Shown here piece by piece: positions 62,765 to 64,000 of a DNA stretch of 64,000 bases. This stretch comes from an uncultured bacterium (lineage in GTDB: Bacteria; 4484-113). The position numbers were made by a program, and so were the translations under genes. Position 1 is the stretch's first letter. Each line of letters begins with the position of its first letter. The stretch covers positions 102,882 through 166,881 of the forward strand of contig CAVVLL010000006.1 of the NCBI GenBank assembly GCA_963749125.1, written 5' to 3'. The notes beneath the pieces are model-generated. The model worked only from the letters and a program-made list of their open reading frames with translations, did no database searches and was not told the origin of the DNA.

Positions 62765-63610
62765 CTAAAGCTCAGCCTCCTTGTGCCTTGCAGCGTTGCA
62801 CTGAATAGCTATTGCGACCGGGAATGTCGCTATGTGGCACGGCAGCACCTCAACTTTCACCGCCGCAGCAGTTTGCGTTCCGCCGAGGCCACCCGGCCCT
62901 ACCCCCGTTTTGTTAACAAGCTCCAGCAGCTCATCCTCAATTGCTGCAATCTCGGTATCTGGATGCCTGTCATCGACAGGGCGCATTAGCGCTTTCTTTG
63001 CATTCAAGGCTGCCAGCTCAAAGTTGCCTCCAATACAGACTCCAACGACGATCGGTGGACAAGGATTTCCCCCAGCTTGGGTTACCCAATCGACAACCAG
63101 CTTCTTTACTCCATCCAGCCCATCGGCAGGGTGCATCATCCGGACTGTACTCATGTTCTCGCTTCCGCCGCCCTTCGCAGCGAAGATTATCTTGAGCTTG
63201 TCGCCGGGAACGATGCTGTAATGAATAATCGCAGGGGTGTTGTCGCCGGTGTTCTTATTACGCTTATAAGGGTTGGCATAGATGCTCTTTCGGAGATAAT
63301 TGTCGGTGTACGCTTTACGGACGCCCTCGTTTATGGCATCGGTAATGCTCCCACCTGTGATGTGGACATCCTGCCCGATTTCAACGAAAAGGATAGCCAT
63401 GCCAGTATCCTGGCACATTGGCGCTTTTTCATCTCGCGCGAGTTTGGCGTTTTCAAGCAGCTGGCCAATGATATGCTTCCCCAGTTCTGATTCCTCTGAA
63501 GACTGCATCCTCTCAAGGGCATTTGAGAAGTCCTTGGGCAAGTCAAAAGCTGCTTCAGTAGCCAGCCGGCGGACGGTATCCGATATTTCTTTAGTAGAGA
63601 TTTCGCGCAT
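62765..63610 (-). CDS. Fe-S-type fumarate/tartrate hydro-lyase alpha subunit
   Basis: PMCQDTG, YLRKS, NTGDNTPA, KGGGSEN, NPCPP, CHIA..PVA...CNA.RH. Confidence 0.93.
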   Translation of the reverse strand: MREISTKEISDTVRRLATEAAFDLPKDFSNALERMQSSEESELGKHIIGQLLENAKLARDEKAPMCQDTGMAILFVEIGQDVHITGGSITDAINEGVRKAYTDNYLRKSIYANPYKRNKNTGDNTPAIIHYSIVPGDKLKIIFAAKGGGSENMSTVRMMHPADGLDGVKKLVVDWVTQAGGNPCPPIVVGVCIGGNFELAALNAKKALMRPVDDRHPDTEIAAIEDELLELVNKTGVGPGGLGGTQTAAAVKVEVLPCHIATFPVAIAIQCNAARHKEAEL

Positions 63611-63713
63611 GTTATTCTCTCCTCTGATTGAGGAACTCCAATTGTAGCAGCAGAAGCCTACCCAGGTCACTTGATACCTGCAAAGTAGTTTCGTAGTATA
63701 ATCTGCAAGGGGT

Positions 63714-64000
63714 ATGAAGCCTACAAAGAACAAGAAGCCTGAGTTAACGCCCGCTCAAGTATTCGGGCGTTCGATTCTGCGGGCAGAGTATATTGCAGAT
63801 GCAATAGGTATTTGCTTACTCCTTCTCGCAATCGGCCTTTACTACTTGGGCGTTACCGAGATGACGGTTCCTGCAAAGTCATACAGTCCATTCTTAGCCC
63901 ACATCATCCCGGCGTTGGAAGACACAGATCAAATCACAGTCTGCGCCGGCCAGCTGATGACAGGCGCTTTACTAGTGCTCATCGGAATAATGGTCCTCTT
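63714..64000 (+). CDS. Membrane protein, 3'-truncated by the window edge
   Basis: Frame open from ATG 63714 to the end (MKPTKNKKPEL...) with two hydrophobic segments; TATAAT upstream. Confidence 0.55.
   Translation, partial: MKPTKNKKPELTPAQVFGRSILRAEYIADAIGICLLLLAIGLYYLGVTEMTVPAKSYSPFLAHIIPALEDTDQITVCAGQLMTGALLVLIGIMVL

Noticed and set aside
62765-63610. Fumarase alpha subunit without an adjacent beta subunit as a novelty
   Set aside because: The beta gene could simply lie elsewhere in the genome; not assessable from this window

Overview
Chromosomal segment of a GC-rich bacterium whose gene content suggests an anaerobic lifestyle; the phylum cannot be assigned from sequence alone. Housekeeping and central-metabolism genes: sucCD, copA, hflX, carB, trpS, korDABC, rodA, iscS, hypB, pyrG and a fumarase alpha subunit. 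RNA genes: tRNA-Gln(UUG) and 6S RNA. Other main elements: (i) an AT-rich SIR2 + PIN-like candidate defence gene directly behind the tRNA; (ii) a XerCD dif-like site at 10859-10886, around which KOPS-like octamers appear to flip polarity, suggesting the replication terminus; (iii) an orphan GlmL-type ATPase cluster with no B12 mutase nearby; (iv) an approximately 12-kb redox locus (Cys-less thioredoxin, iscS, nuoEF-like, hdrCBA, mvhDGA, maturation protease) with an atypical HdrA and a Rex-like operator; (v) several uncharacterised lipoproteins, one carrying both cohesin-like and dockerin-like modules. Many genes have a -10 box 6-8 nt before the start codon and no Shine-Dalgarno sequence, consistent with leaderless mRNAs. 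About eight single-base frameshifts in otherwise intact genes most likely reflect long-read indel errors. All calls come from reading motifs by eye; no database searches or GC computations were run.
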